A stretch of DNA of 64,000 bases, from positions 5,508 through 69,507 of the forward strand of contig CAZQVT010000002.1 in the NCBI GenBank assembly GCA_964596875.1, given 5' to 3'. Position numbers and translations under genes: made by a program. Shown piece after piece: positions 9,733 through 19,195 of the stretch. Each line of letters starts with the position of its first letter. Within the stretch, counting starts at the first letter, position 1. Below the pieces are notes generated by a model. It did no database searches, was not told the DNA's origin, and saw only the letters and a program-made list of their open reading frames with translations. This DNA comes from an uncultured Candidatus Saccharibacteria bacterium. Lineage in GTDB: Bacteria > Patescibacteriota > Minisyncoccia > Phycocordibacterales > DATDWN01.

Positions 9733-11073
9733 TTACACAAAGATAGACCTAAGTTGGTTTATCTCTTGTACCAAAACCTCATCACTTTTTATGTCATTTT
9801 TTATCTTTTCACATGAGTGCATAACTGTGGTGTGGTCTCTACCACCTAGTTTTTCCCCTATTGCAGGGAAAGATATATTAAAATCCTCTCTCAGGATATA
9901 CATTATTATCTGTCTAGGTTTTATAATTTCTTTTTTTCTGGTTTTGTCGTAGATAAGTTGCTCTTCTATGTTGTAAAAGTCGGAAACAGTCTTAACTACT
10001 TCTTTAATAGATATTATTTTCTTTGGTCTGGTGTTGTTTTTAACGAAACTTTTTACTTCTGCAAGTGTTAATTCCCTTCCTTTTAACTGAGACTGGCATG
10101 TTATCGAGTTTATAGTTCCTTCTAATTCTCTAATGTTTCCATTTATAGAGTAAGCTAGGTATTCCACAACATCTTTTCCTAATGGATACTCACTAGCGTT
10201 TAGTTTCGCCTTAATAATAGCGATTCTGGACTCATTATCAGGGGTTGGAATGTCTACCGTCATACCAGCACTGAACCTAGACTTCAGACGGTCTTCTAAG
10301 TCTTGGATAAGTGCAGGGTGTTTATCTGAAGAAAAGATAATTTGTTTGTTGTTTTCGTACAAATGGTTAAAAAGATGGAAAAGTTCCTCTTGAGTTTTCA
10401 TTTTTCCAGAGAAAAACTGCACATCATCCATTATCAATACATCGTATTTTCTGTACTTCTCTTTAAAGAAGTTAGGTTTGTTTGATTGGATGGCGTTTAT
10501 AAGTTCTTGAGAGAATTTTTCCGAAGTAGTGTAAAAAACTTTTCTACCACCAGATGATTTTAGGTAGTTCCCCATCGCTTGTATAAGGTGAGTCTTGCCG
10601 TGGCCAGTTCCTCCGTAAATAAATAGTGGGTTATAAACTATTCCAGGTTTTTTTATGACTGCCTGACTAGCGGCATAAGCAAATTCATTGAATGGTCCTA
10701 CGACAAAAGTATCAAAAGTGTATCTAGGGTTTAGATTATCCTCTTTGTTTATAAAAGTATCAGCGATAGGAAGTTCTCTAGTAACTGGTTGAGGTTTTTC
10801 TGCAAATGCTTTTTCTCGCATCTCCTCTTTTGAAATAATGTAGTGTAGTGACTGGACGTTACTAGATAGGTTTCGAAGAGATTTTAGTATAGTGTTATGA
10901 AACTTACTTGAAAGCCAGTCTTGAACAAAGGTATTTGGCACTCCCAGATATACAGTTCCGTTTTCTTGCTTAACAATAAAAGTATCTTTGAACCAGGTGT
11001 TGAAGTTAGGTTTAGACAAAGTTAACTCCATCTCGATCAGAACACCATCCCAAAGTTTTTTATTGTCCATCAT
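9733..11073 (-). CDS. dnaA: Chromosomal replication initiator DnaA
   Basis: AAA+ Walker A GGTGHGKTHL, and a C-terminal DNA-binding domain with a HTTVMHSCEKI-like signature. Confidence 0.97.
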   Translation of the reverse strand: MMDNKKLWDGVLIEMELTLSKPNFNTWFKDTFIVKQENGTVYLGVPNTFVQDWLSSKFHNTILKSLRNLSSNVQSLHYIISKEEMREKAFAEKPQPVTRELPIADTFINKEDNLNPRYTFDTFVVGPFNEFAYAASQAVIKKPGIVYNPLFIYGGTGHGKTHLIQAMGNYLKSSGGRKVFYTTSEKFSQELINAIQSNKPNFFKEKYRKYDVLIMDDVQFFSGKMKTQEELFHLFNHLYENNKQIIFSSDKHPALIQDLEDRLKSRFSAGMTVDIPTPDNESRIAIIKAKLNASEYPLGKDVVEYLAYSINGNIRELEGTINSITCQSQLKGRELTLAEVKSFVKNNTRPKKIISIKEVVKTVSDFYNIEEQLIYDKTRKKEIIKPRQIIMYILREDFNISFPAIGEKLGGRDHTTVMHSCEKIKNDIKSDEVLVQEINQLRSIFV

Positions 11074-11184
11074 AGTCTAGTTATTATATAGAAAAGAAAA
11101 AAAGATGGCACTTGTTAAAAACACTCATTTATGTTAATAATGTGTGTACAAGGTGTTAATAACGATAAAACATAATTTTACAAC

Positions 11185-11322
11185 ATGTCTCAAACATATC
11201 AACCAAAAAAAAGAAAGAGAGCTAGAGCACACGGATTTCTAACAAGAAGTAAGACTGCTTATGGCAAAAAAACACTTCTAAGAAGAAGAAGAAAAGGACG
11301 GGCTAAACTTTCTACAGTATAG
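11185..11322 (+). CDS. rpmH: 50S ribosomal protein L34 (45 aa). It is absent from the ORF track because it is under 60 aa.
   Basis: Translated by hand as [45 protein letters not shown]. Canonical rpmH-rnpA-yidC order. Confidence 0.9.
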   Translation: MSQTYQPKKRKRARAHGFLTRSKTAYGKKTLLRRRRKGRAKLSTV

Positions 11323-11352
11323 TACAGTCTCCCTATTCACTCCTATTTAAAT

Positions 11353-11700
11353 ATGTTGCCTAAAACAAGAAGAATAGAGAGAAAATACTTTAAACAAATA
11401 CTAACCCAGGGTAAAAGGTATAATTCCCAGTCTTTTAGCCTTTATTTGTCCAAAAATGACGAAGGTTCTACAGAAACACCTAGTAAGGTGGCTTTCTCAG
11501 TATCTAAAAAAGTAGTAAAAACTGCCGTAGGGAGAAACAAACTAAGAAGGAGGGGTTACTCAGCCATTTCTAAAAATATAAAGTCAATAAAACCAGGATT
11601 TCTTCTGTTTTTTGTGTATAAAAAGGACTACGAAAAGGATTATGTAAAAATTGAGTCCGAGATACAAACATTACTTTCACCTGCTCTTGTGATAATATAG
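11353..11700 (+). CDS. rnpA: RNase P protein component
   Basis: Basic 115-aa protein that follows rpmH. Confidence 0.88.
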   Translation: MLPKTRRIERKYFKQILTQGKRYNSQSFSLYLSKNDEGSTETPSKVAFSVSKKVVKTAVGRNKLRRRGYSAISKNIKSIKPGFLLFFVYKKDYEKDYVKIESEIQTLLSPALVII

Positions 11701-11704
11701 TCAA

Positions 11705-12421
11705 ATGACTTCAATATTTCACACACTTGTTTCTGAACCTTTATACAGCGGACTAGTTTTTCTTATAAATTCCCTACCCTTCTTTGATGTTGGTGTTGTA
11801 ATAATCATATTTACTATTATTACCAAGATAGTCTTGCTACCCCTTTCTATAAAGGCTTCAAAGTCTCAACTTGAGATGAAGAATGCCGAAAAAGACCTTG
11901 CTGTTATAAAACAAAAATATACAGATAAATCAGAACAGAGTTTGAAGGTGATGGAATATTACAAAGAAAAAGGCATAAATCCTTTTTCTGGAATACTTAT
12001 CCTACTTATTCAACTTCCTATACTTATCGGCCTGTATAGAGTGTTTTTGGGCCTACCAAAGATAAATCTAGACCTTCTATATAGTTTTGTGCCTGCACCA
12101 GAAACAATAAACATGATGTTTCTAGGTTTTGTTGATATGTCACAAAAAAGTTTGGTTTTGGCGCTTCTTGTTGGCGTTACAACATATATACAAACAAGCA
12201 TTGTGAGTTCAGGACAGACTACTGGTGGACAAGATAGTCAAAATGAAATTGCAAAAGCGATGGCTTTTCAAATGAAATACTTCCTTCCGGTATTTATTAC
12301 TGTAGTTATCTACAATATCTCTTCCGCCGTAGCCCTATATTTGTTTGTGAGTAACGTATTTTCTATTGCTCAAGAACTATATATCAAAAACAGATACCAT
12401 AAAAACATAGTGGTTGTTTAA
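11705..12421 (+). CDS. yidC: Membrane protein insertase YidC (short Oxa1-like form)
   Basis: 238 aa with 5 TM segments, following rnpA. Confidence 0.85.
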   Translation: MTSIFHTLVSEPLYSGLVFLINSLPFFDVGVVIIIFTIITKIVLLPLSIKASKSQLEMKNAEKDLAVIKQKYTDKSEQSLKVMEYYKEKGINPFSGILILLIQLPILIGLYRVFLGLPKINLDLLYSFVPAPETINMMFLGFVDMSQKSLVLALLVGVTTYIQTSIVSSGQTTGGQDSQNEIAKAMAFQMKYFLPVFITVVIYNISSAVALYLFVSNVFSIAQELYIKNRYHKNIVVV

Positions 12422-12435
12422 TGTTACCAGTTTAA

Positions 12436-13680
12436 CTATTTAGTCAGGTCCAAACTCCAAAGAGAGTTGTCTTTTTTGTTTACAAACAACAAGTATTGGT
12501 CATTTTCAGAAATGATTGGTTTTATAAGATCAATCTCCTCCCCTGATTCTTTGTTTAGGTCTAAAATTATATTCGAAGTTTTGTTTTCCAGGTCGTATTT
12601 CCAAACGTCGTCATTAAATGATATTTGTCCTTTGTACCAAGCAGTCAAGTTTCCAACTGCTATAAAGTCTTTTGGAACGGCACAGTATATAACTTTTGTA
12701 TTTTTGTTCGCCCACACACATTTTTCAGGAAACGTTGCTGGAGAGATGGTTTCGATAGACATATCTTTTAAGGCATAAGTTTTCATTAGGGCTGATCCGT
12801 CTTGGTCAAGGTATAAAACATCACTACCTGTAGGATTTACTAAAGTAGTAAGACCTTTTATATCCCCCATTATTTTCCTAACCCCCGCGTTTGTTGTATC
12901 AACAAAATATAAATACCCTGGAGTGTTTTCCTCTGATTTTGTGGTTAGGGCAACAATTTTTGCATTTACATACTGAGAAACCAGCTCTCTTATTGGAGAA
13001 TTCCATATTTGTTTTTTGTTTTTTCCATCAAAACTAGATACAAAACCATAAGAAGCGTTACTAACTTGTTCAAGATAAAATACGCTAGATCCAAAAGCGC
13101 TAACACTAGAAATATTCTGTTCCATTGCGGTTCCAGATATTGTGTTTTCTGTTGTGGTGCTAATATTTTTAAGTGTAAGTGTGTATGTGTCTACAGTGAT
13201 GTCATCATCTTTAAGATATTGAGCAACTAGAGAATCGTTTTTGTTTCCCCAGAAGGCTTCATAAACCATTGGTATGGTTGTGTTAGAGATTCTACCTTGT
13301 CTAGGTGAAAACAATTCAACTTCATAAATGTGACCAGTTGCTTTTTCTATATATCTAACAACAGAGCCAGCCTTTACGTCTAGGATTCCTGCTCCAGCGA
13401 CAGGCTCAGAAGTTATTTTTCTTAGTTTTTGAGTAAAGTCATTGTTGGTCTCTACTGGCACTTCTTCTGGAGTTTCTTCAGGAGTGTTTGTGTTATCTGT
13501 TACAGTGTCGCCTCCAAACGGAAAGAAGTTTCTGAAAATATTTGTACTTGTTGGGCTTCCGTCTGGATTTTTATTCAGCATGTAAAATGCAAACAATACA
13601 AGTAGTACCAAAACTAGGATTACAGATATTAATATGTAGATATTTTTTTTAGACATCTTTTTTAAAATTGTATATGCCAA
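12436..13680 (-). CDS. Membrane-anchored (N-terminal TM) extracytoplasmic beta-rich protein. It is the last gene of the T4SS-like operon.
   Basis: Single N-terminal TM, then a 370-aa Thr/Ser-rich domain. An alternative start at M9 (13656) would remove the 19-nt overlap with the upstream gene. Confidence 0.55.
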   Translation of the reverse strand: MAYTILKKMSKKNIYILISVILVLVLLVLFAFYMLNKNPDGSPTSTNIFRNFFPFGGDTVTDNTNTPEETPEEVPVETNNDFTQKLRKITSEPVAGAGILDVKAGSVVRYIEKATGHIYEVELFSPRQGRISNTTIPMVYEAFWGNKNDSLVAQYLKDDDITVDTYTLTLKNISTTTENTISGTAMEQNISSVSAFGSSVFYLEQVSNASYGFVSSFDGKNKKQIWNSPIRELVSQYVNAKIVALTTKSEENTPGYLYFVDTTNAGVRKIMGDIKGLTTLVNPTGSDVLYLDQDGSALMKTYALKDMSIETISPATFPEKCVWANKNTKVIYCAVPKDFIAVGNLTAWYKGQISFNDDVWKYDLENKTSNIILDLNKESGEEIDLIKPIISENDQYLLFVNKKDNSLWSLDLTK

Positions 13681-14666
13681 TGATTACCTGTTGCTCTACC
13701 GTTATCGCCTGTTTCTTCATAAGTAGCGACTCCACCGCCAGGTATGTTTACCTGAGTTGCTGGTATATACCCTGGAGTTCCTCTTACACCAGAGGCACCA
13801 TGAGGAGTTTTTGCTTGAGGATTTGTTTTTGCAAAATAAGTTCGAAGAGAAGCTGAGTCGGAAACATCAACATTCGCTATGTTTGGGCCATGTGTCGCAT
13901 GACCACCTTCTGCACCTCCTGTAACCTGTATGTAACAATCTTTTACTACACTACTGCAAGCCCCTTTCATGGATTTAAGTCTTGTTATGGCAAGTTGAGG
14001 TAGGCCAACTATGTTTGTGCATCCTCTTGTTCCACCTGTCGTACAAGGTCCCGCATTAACCTCCACACTGTCTGGAGAACTACTCAATTGGTTCAGTAGC
14101 ACGGTGTTTTGTTGTTGTTGTGCAGGAGTAAGGGTGTAGCCATTTAAAATTCGTGTGCCATTTGCATTTGTTGTGTAGGTATATCCAGAAGTTGGAGCTA
14201 CTACTCCACCATTCCCACTTCCCGTGTTAGGATTGACGGTAAATTGTTGTATGTCTAAAGTAAAATCCAGCATTTTAGGGTTTATGGTTTGCAGAATTAC
14301 ATAAGAACCAATAACAAGTAATAGTCCCCAAAGTGCATTTTCTATCGCTTCTCTCCCCGCAGACTTGCCACTAAGGGCATCTGAAGTTGCATACATGACA
14401 CCACCGTAAACTATGACCACAAAAGCAAGTGCGACAGCGATTCCTATTGTTAGTTCAAACGCTCTCGGTAAATACATAGAAAGATCTGTGCATTGTTCAG
14501 CCTTACCATTAACTGTACAATTGACTGTTGTTCTGGGTAGTGGTGCTAGAACCACATAGTCTGTAGTTAGGGGTTGTTGCTGAGCTTTTACATATCCAGA
14601 TGTTAAAAATAAACCCAGTGATAAAAACGATGCAAGAAATATTTTTTTAACAGTCGCGGTTTTCAT
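13662..14666 (-). CDS. VirB2/TrbC-topology protein (signal peptide plus two TM helices) with a 190-aa Gly/Thr-rich C-terminal domain ending in HWH
   Basis: Signal peptide, then TM1 ELTIGIAVALAFVVIVYGGVMYA, a short loop, and TM2 LWGLLLVIGSYVILQTI. The C-terminus is ...GNHWHIQF. Confidence 0.5.
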   Translation of the reverse strand: MKTATVKKIFLASFLSLGLFLTSGYVKAQQQPLTTDYVVLAPLPRTTVNCTVNGKAEQCTDLSMYLPRAFELTIGIAVALAFVVIVYGGVMYATSDALSGKSAGREAIENALWGLLLVIGSYVILQTINPKMLDFTLDIQQFTVNPNTGSGNGGVVAPTSGYTYTTNANGTRILNGYTLTPAQQQQNTVLLNQLSSSPDSVEVNAGPCTTGGTRGCTNIVGLPQLAITRLKSMKGACSSVVKDCYIQVTGGAEGGHATHGPNIANVDVSDSASLRTYFAKTNPQAKTPHGASGVRGTPGYIPATQVNIPGGGVATYEETGDNGRATGNHWHIQF

Positions 14667-14667
14667 T

Positions 14668-15678
14668 TTAATTATTTTGGTTATTAAATACTAAGTTAAA
14701 AATGTGCGAGTCAGACTGTAGTATTTTGTCGGTGCTTTCTACTGTAAGTGATATATTCGATGAGCCAACACTTCCTTCCCCAGGTCTAAAAGTTTGTGCC
14801 CACTGACTTTTCTCATTGTTTAGTGGTTTACCATTTATAGACCATGTATTTACCAAACTTTTATTTTTTAGTTCATCACCGTCAAAAAAGAAAGGCATTC
14901 CTATTACAGTTATCTCGTTTGTGTTATTTAACGCCAAACTACTACCTATTGCGTTTTGAAACTGTATTCCATAAGTTGGATCTTTTTTGTAAATGATAAT
15001 AGTCGGTTCTACTGGGTTTAGAACTATACTTCCAAAGGCTTGTCCATTGTCAGAGGTAACTTCTACACTTACTGTGACCGCTCTGGATATAAGTGAACCT
15101 TCGAAGGTAAAGGTATTTTTCCCATAACCTGATAATGTTTCAACTACTGAACTGTTTCTTTTCCATTTATATGTTAAATTTTTAGGGTTTATGTCTACTC
15201 CGTTTGCATTTTTAATATGAGGAAAAGCAATAACAGTTACTTTGTCCTGGTGAGCAAATAGTGACTTGCCCTTGTAAAAAGGTGGTACGAAACCGTGACT
15301 CTCCCACATAAGGTCTACGCTAGCTGGTTTTAGGTCTATATTTTTCTCAATAGTACCAGAGTCTGTGGTTTTTACTGTTATTCCAAGTGTGGTGATTTGG
15401 TCATCTCTTCCCATGGTAAAGTTGAACACCTTTTCACCTGTGCCACTTTTTATTGTTTTGCCATTTACTCTCCATGTAATACTCGCAACGTTTATATCGG
15501 TTGCATAACTAGTTAGGTAAACATAAACATTGTCCCCCGCTTTGGGGATCTCGGGCACCATTTGTATATTTACCACTTCACTTACTCCAAAATTTTGTGC
15601 GTGAACTTTTGTATAAAAACCAAAGATAGAAAAAACTAAAATAGTTATAAATGTTGGAATAAAAATAGAGCGTTTCAT
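14668..15678 (-). CDS. Secreted protein with three tandem beta-sandwich repeats of about 110 aa
   Basis: Signal peptide. Repeats are marked by ITWRVNGKTIKSGTGEKVFNFT, LTYKWKRNSSVVETLSGYGKNTFTFEG and WSINGKPLNNEKSQ. Confidence 0.55.
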   Translation of the reverse strand: MKRSIFIPTFITILVFSIFGFYTKVHAQNFGVSEVVNIQMVPEIPKAGDNVYVYLTSYATDINVASITWRVNGKTIKSGTGEKVFNFTMGRDDQITTLGITVKTTDSGTIEKNIDLKPASVDLMWESHGFVPPFYKGKSLFAHQDKVTVIAFPHIKNANGVDINPKNLTYKWKRNSSVVETLSGYGKNTFTFEGSLISRAVTVSVEVTSDNGQAFGSIVLNPVEPTIIIYKKDPTYGIQFQNAIGSSLALNNTNEITVIGMPFFFDGDELKNKSLVNTWSINGKPLNNEKSQWAQTFRPGEGSVGSSNISLTVESTDKILQSDSHIFNLVFNNQNN

Positions 15679-15731
15679 CTTTATAATTGTAGCATCAGCA
15701 TCAAAATATTTATATTACTTTATACACAATA

Positions 15732-16223
15732 TTATGCTGCTTTCCCTAAATCATTATTGCTTATTCTTGTACTAGTTTTGCTTGCCTTCTGAGCAAACTT
15801 CAATACTTTTCCACCCATGTTTACTGCTTTATTTGCCACAGGAGCGAGTTTTGTTGCGACATTTACAACTTTTACTGCTGTGTTAACAAGGTTTAGGATG
15901 GTGTCACTTTTATAAATGATGTAATAGTAAATACCATCAAGTGTCCATAAGGGTAGTTCAGATATACCAGGCCACATTTCTAGACCAAAAGTTCCCAGTA
16001 ATCCAAAAAGCCTTTTAGGATTCCCCATACTCTGTCCTCGCATTTGTAAGTATAGTGCTAAACTCATAGCCACCCATAAATCTATAAGAAAGTTTATAAC
16101 AATACTTATGCCGGCGAACCAAACAAATATCCATTCTATAAAAATTTGAATCGCATCAACAATAAATAGTGCGGCAATAACAAGTCCCCACTCCAAGTTG
16201 CTGATTTTAGGTTTATCTTCCAT
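15732..16223 (-). CDS. Small polytopic membrane protein of the T4SS-like operon
   Basis: 163 aa with 3 predicted TM segments and a basic C-terminus. Confidence 0.5.
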   Translation of the reverse strand: MEDKPKISNLEWGLVIAALFIVDAIQIFIEWIFVWFAGISIVINFLIDLWVAMSLALYLQMRGQSMGNPKRLFGLLGTFGLEMWPGISELPLWTLDGIYYYIIYKSDTILNLVNTAVKVVNVATKLAPVANKAVNMGGKVLKFAQKASKTSTRISNNDLGKAA

Positions 16224-16237
16224 TTCCTAATTATACA

Positions 16238-18049
16238 CTACTTACTGTTTTCTAATTCACTTCTAGCTTTTTTGATAGATAATATTTGAGATGGGTCAGA
16301 GGTAATAATCTGGTCCTCTGTGTATGAGGCGATTATTTTTATAGCTACATGCTTTAGGCCAGCAAAGAAGATACCCTCCCCCACATCTGACTCAAGTAGT
16401 AGATATTTCTCTTCATCTGTAAGGCTAAATGCTTGTTGCAGTTTATCTATCGCAGTTGGAGACTGTTTTAGAAGTATCTGTATAGAAGAGTTAGTAATAA
16501 TCGGTAGGCCGTACGGAGATTTTAGGAAGTCATCCACGTCTTGGGTGATTGTTGCAAGTCCCAGGTAGTATTTTCTGCCTCTTTTTGCAAGAGAAAGAAG
16601 GAATGAAGCGGTGTCTTCAGATTTCATCATCCACCACGCCTCATCGATAACTAGAAGTCGCTTTTTAAGTTTCTTTCGAATCATATTCCAGATATAGTGC
16701 ATGATGATATACATGGCGATAGGTTTTAACTCGTCCTCCATGTCTCGGAGTGAGAACACGATAAACCTTTTGTTTATATCCACGTTACTTGGTTTGTTTA
16801 TGAAGCCAGCCCAAGTTCCTCTAGTGTATTTTGTAAGTCTTTGTGCTAGAGAGTCCCCTCCTTCCATTCCAGAAAGCACAAGCTCAAAGTCTGAAAGTAG
16901 AGGTGGTTCAATGTTTTCAAAGTTTGAGTCAGCAGTGATGTCTTTAAGTGCATATGTTTCTGTTATGGCTCTATCGATAATAGCGTCTTCTTCTGGTGTA
17001 AGTCCTCCCATCATGATTCTAAAAAGCCCCACCAGGTTTATAATGTTTGAACGCAAAACACTTGCAAACGACTCGTCTTCTCCTGGAACGGGTAGTTCAA
17101 ATGGGTTTATGTGGTGCTCAGAGTTAAGAGAGATGTTGAAAAACCTACCCCCTACTGCTTCTGCTAGGTACTCGTATTCTTTTTCTGGGTCGAGCACAAT
17201 AACGTCTGTATCAAACATCAAAGTTCTCAATATTTCTATCTTTGTTGCGTATGACTTTCCGGAACCTGACTTTGCAAATGTTATAGAGTTGTAGTTTTCA
17301 AGTGAAAATCTATCAAAAAGCACCAGAGATGAATTGTGTCTGTTTATTCCATACAAAATTCCCTTGTCTGAAGTAAGGTCAAAAGAAACAAACGGGAAAA
17401 GAGAAGAAAGTGGGGATGAATTTAGTTTGCTATACACCTCTAGACCGTCTGTGGCAATAGGTATTGCCGCCTTAAAAGCTTGTTCTTGTTGGAATAGAGC
17501 AGGTTTTAGATAAACTAATTTTGCTTCTAGGATAGACTTTATTTCTGACTCCACCTTGTCTAGTTCTTCACTAGAGTCTGCATACATTGTTATATACAAA
17601 CCAACATCAAAAAGTCTCTCCTGAGCCTGTTGCAGGTTGTCCCGCAGACTTTCTAGGTCTTGGTATGCAGTGTCTAGCATTGGGTCACGAACAAGACCCT
17701 TCGCTTCCCTGGCGTTTATCTGACTTTGTACCTCGGCCACCTTCTTTTGGAAGTTTCTTAGAACGGCCGATGTTTCGATAGGTTTAACGAAAATAGATAC
17801 ATCAAATATTTTGTCCAGGTTAATGATTGGAGAAAACCAGTTATCTCCTAGGAAACGTGGGTAAGAGATAACAAAGAAGCTTCTCAAAACTTTTTCACCA
17901 AGGTTTATTTCCTTCGGCGCTACTTTTAGAGCACTAGGAGCGATAACATCTTTTAGTTCTAGACTACTTGAGTCGTATATTTCTTGAGGAAGTATTGTAG
18001 ATATTTCCTTTTCTTCTTTTTTTGGTTTTAGAAAATCAAATAGTGACAT
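16238..18049 (-). CDS. VirB4/ConE/TrbE-family conjugation-type ATPase, C-terminal ATPase part
   Basis: Walker A FAKSGSGKSY, Walker B LLVIDEAWWMM. At 603 aa it is shorter than the roughly 800 aa typical of this family. Confidence 0.85.
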   Translation of the reverse strand: MSLFDFLKPKKEEKEISTILPQEIYDSSSLELKDVIAPSALKVAPKEINLGEKVLRSFFVISYPRFLGDNWFSPIINLDKIFDVSIFVKPIETSAVLRNFQKKVAEVQSQINAREAKGLVRDPMLDTAYQDLESLRDNLQQAQERLFDVGLYITMYADSSEELDKVESEIKSILEAKLVYLKPALFQQEQAFKAAIPIATDGLEVYSKLNSSPLSSLFPFVSFDLTSDKGILYGINRHNSSLVLFDRFSLENYNSITFAKSGSGKSYATKIEILRTLMFDTDVIVLDPEKEYEYLAEAVGGRFFNISLNSEHHINPFELPVPGEDESFASVLRSNIINLVGLFRIMMGGLTPEEDAIIDRAITETYALKDITADSNFENIEPPLLSDFELVLSGMEGGDSLAQRLTKYTRGTWAGFINKPSNVDINKRFIVFSLRDMEDELKPIAMYIIMHYIWNMIRKKLKKRLLVIDEAWWMMKSEDTASFLLSLAKRGRKYYLGLATITQDVDDFLKSPYGLPIITNSSIQILLKQSPTAIDKLQQAFSLTDEEKYLLLESDVGEGIFFAGLKHVAIKIIASYTEDQIITSDPSQILSIKKARSELENSK

Positions 18050-18060
18050 AAAAGTTTATA

Positions 18061-18696
18061 TTACGAAGTTTTAATAGGTTTCTCTGTGTCCCCCGGATTA
18101 AATATTTTGTAAAACAACTCAACAATCTCTTCTGTTCCAAGTTTTACTACACGGATTCCACATCGAGACAGTCCCTGTTCTACTACTGAAACTCTTTGCT
18201 CTAGTTGTGTGCGGTTTTCCTCAAAACTAGTCTCTTTTCTCGCTAGTTCTTCTTCAGAGTTTGTTTTTTTAAAGAAACCAACCCCACCGCTTTTGATGTT
18301 TATAAGTGCGGGGTCGTAGGGAACAACAATAAAGAAACTTTTTGTCATTATGTTAGTAGACTCTGTGAATTTTTTTATAAACTCAATATATTCCCTAGTC
18401 TGGATTTTCATTAGATCATTCATCTGTTCCTTGTACCTGTCCTCTAGCAGGGCTATATACGGCCGTATGTCTAGTCTTCTGGACTGAATGGAAACTTGCA
18501 CTGTGAAGTCCAGAGAGTTTAGGAAATCTTGAAACTGCAAGATGATTGCTCTTCTTTCATCTTCTGACTTTAGACTAAAGTTAAGAGAAGAAGTCATAAT
18601 GAGGCTTCTAAGAGAACCATCTTTTAAAATAATAGTTCCTCCCCTGACCTCTTTTATTGGCACAAATTCTTGAGTTGCTTTTGAGTTTATTGCCAT
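18061..18696 (-). CDS. VirB4/ConE-family N-terminal domain encoded as a separate 211-aa ORF
   Basis: PIKEVRGGTIILKDGSLRSLIMTSSLNFSLKSEDERRAIILQFQDFLNSLDFTVQVSIQSRRLDIRPYI matches the N-terminal signature of Gram-positive VirB4-like ATPases (Tn916 Orf16 / ICEBs1 ConE type). The stop codon lies 11 nt before the ATG of the ATPase ORF, in a different frame. Confidence 0.6.
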   Translation of the reverse strand: MAINSKATQEFVPIKEVRGGTIILKDGSLRSLIMTSSLNFSLKSEDERRAIILQFQDFLNSLDFTVQVSIQSRRLDIRPYIALLEDRYKEQMNDLMKIQTREYIEFIKKFTESTNIMTKSFFIVVPYDPALINIKSGGVGFFKKTNSEEELARKETSFEENRTQLEQRVSVVEQGLSRCGIRVVKLGTEEIVELFYKIFNPGDTEKPIKTS

Positions 18697-18723
18697 AAAA
18701 ATATTATATCAGAAAAAAATAAA

Positions 18724-19161
18724 TTATTTTGTTGTTTGTCCATCTTTTCCTGTGAGTGGATTAAGATTTTCATTTATGTCCAAAGTCCAAGTCAAATCTT
18801 TTAGTTTACTGTCAGAAATTCTAGGCATGTAAACCTGTCTTGTTGGGTCCTTGTAAACTGTTTCAGTCTTAACTATTTTTTTGTCCTCTTTTTTCCATAT
18901 GTATAGGTTTTGTTTTGTGTAAAAAAGAAAGGCTGACTCCATAAAGTCTATAAATGGTTTGTTGTTTACTTTGTAGAACGCCAAAGCCACAGAAAGTGGT
19001 CCAACTACAGCAATGAGGAGTATTGATACATATATAGGTAGGTATTTGAAGATCACAAAACACATGCCTGCCCCACCAGCAAGGTATATGAATTGTTTTA
19101 CAGTCAAAGGTCCTATAACCTTATCCTCTACATCAATAAATTGTGGTACTTGGTATCGCAT
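18724..19161 (-). CDS. PrgI/TcpE/VirB3-like small membrane protein
   Basis: N-terminus RYQVPQFIDVEDKVIGPLTVKQFIYL followed by two TM segments. It lies immediately upstream of VirB4, as in Gram-positive T4SS. Confidence 0.6.
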   Translation of the reverse strand: MRYQVPQFIDVEDKVIGPLTVKQFIYLAGGAGMCFVIFKYLPIYVSILLIAVVGPLSVALAFYKVNNKPFIDFMESAFLFYTKQNLYIWKKEDKKIVKTETVYKDPTRQVYMPRISDSKLKDLTWTLDINENLNPLTGKDGQTTK

Positions 19162-19195
19162 AGCAAAATTATATTACAAATTTAAAAAACAAAAT

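Noticed and set aside
16320-17781. + strand ORFs (82, 197 and 64 aa) inside the VirB4 gene
   Set aside because: Antisense to a well-supported ATPase gene, with Ser-rich low-complexity translations.
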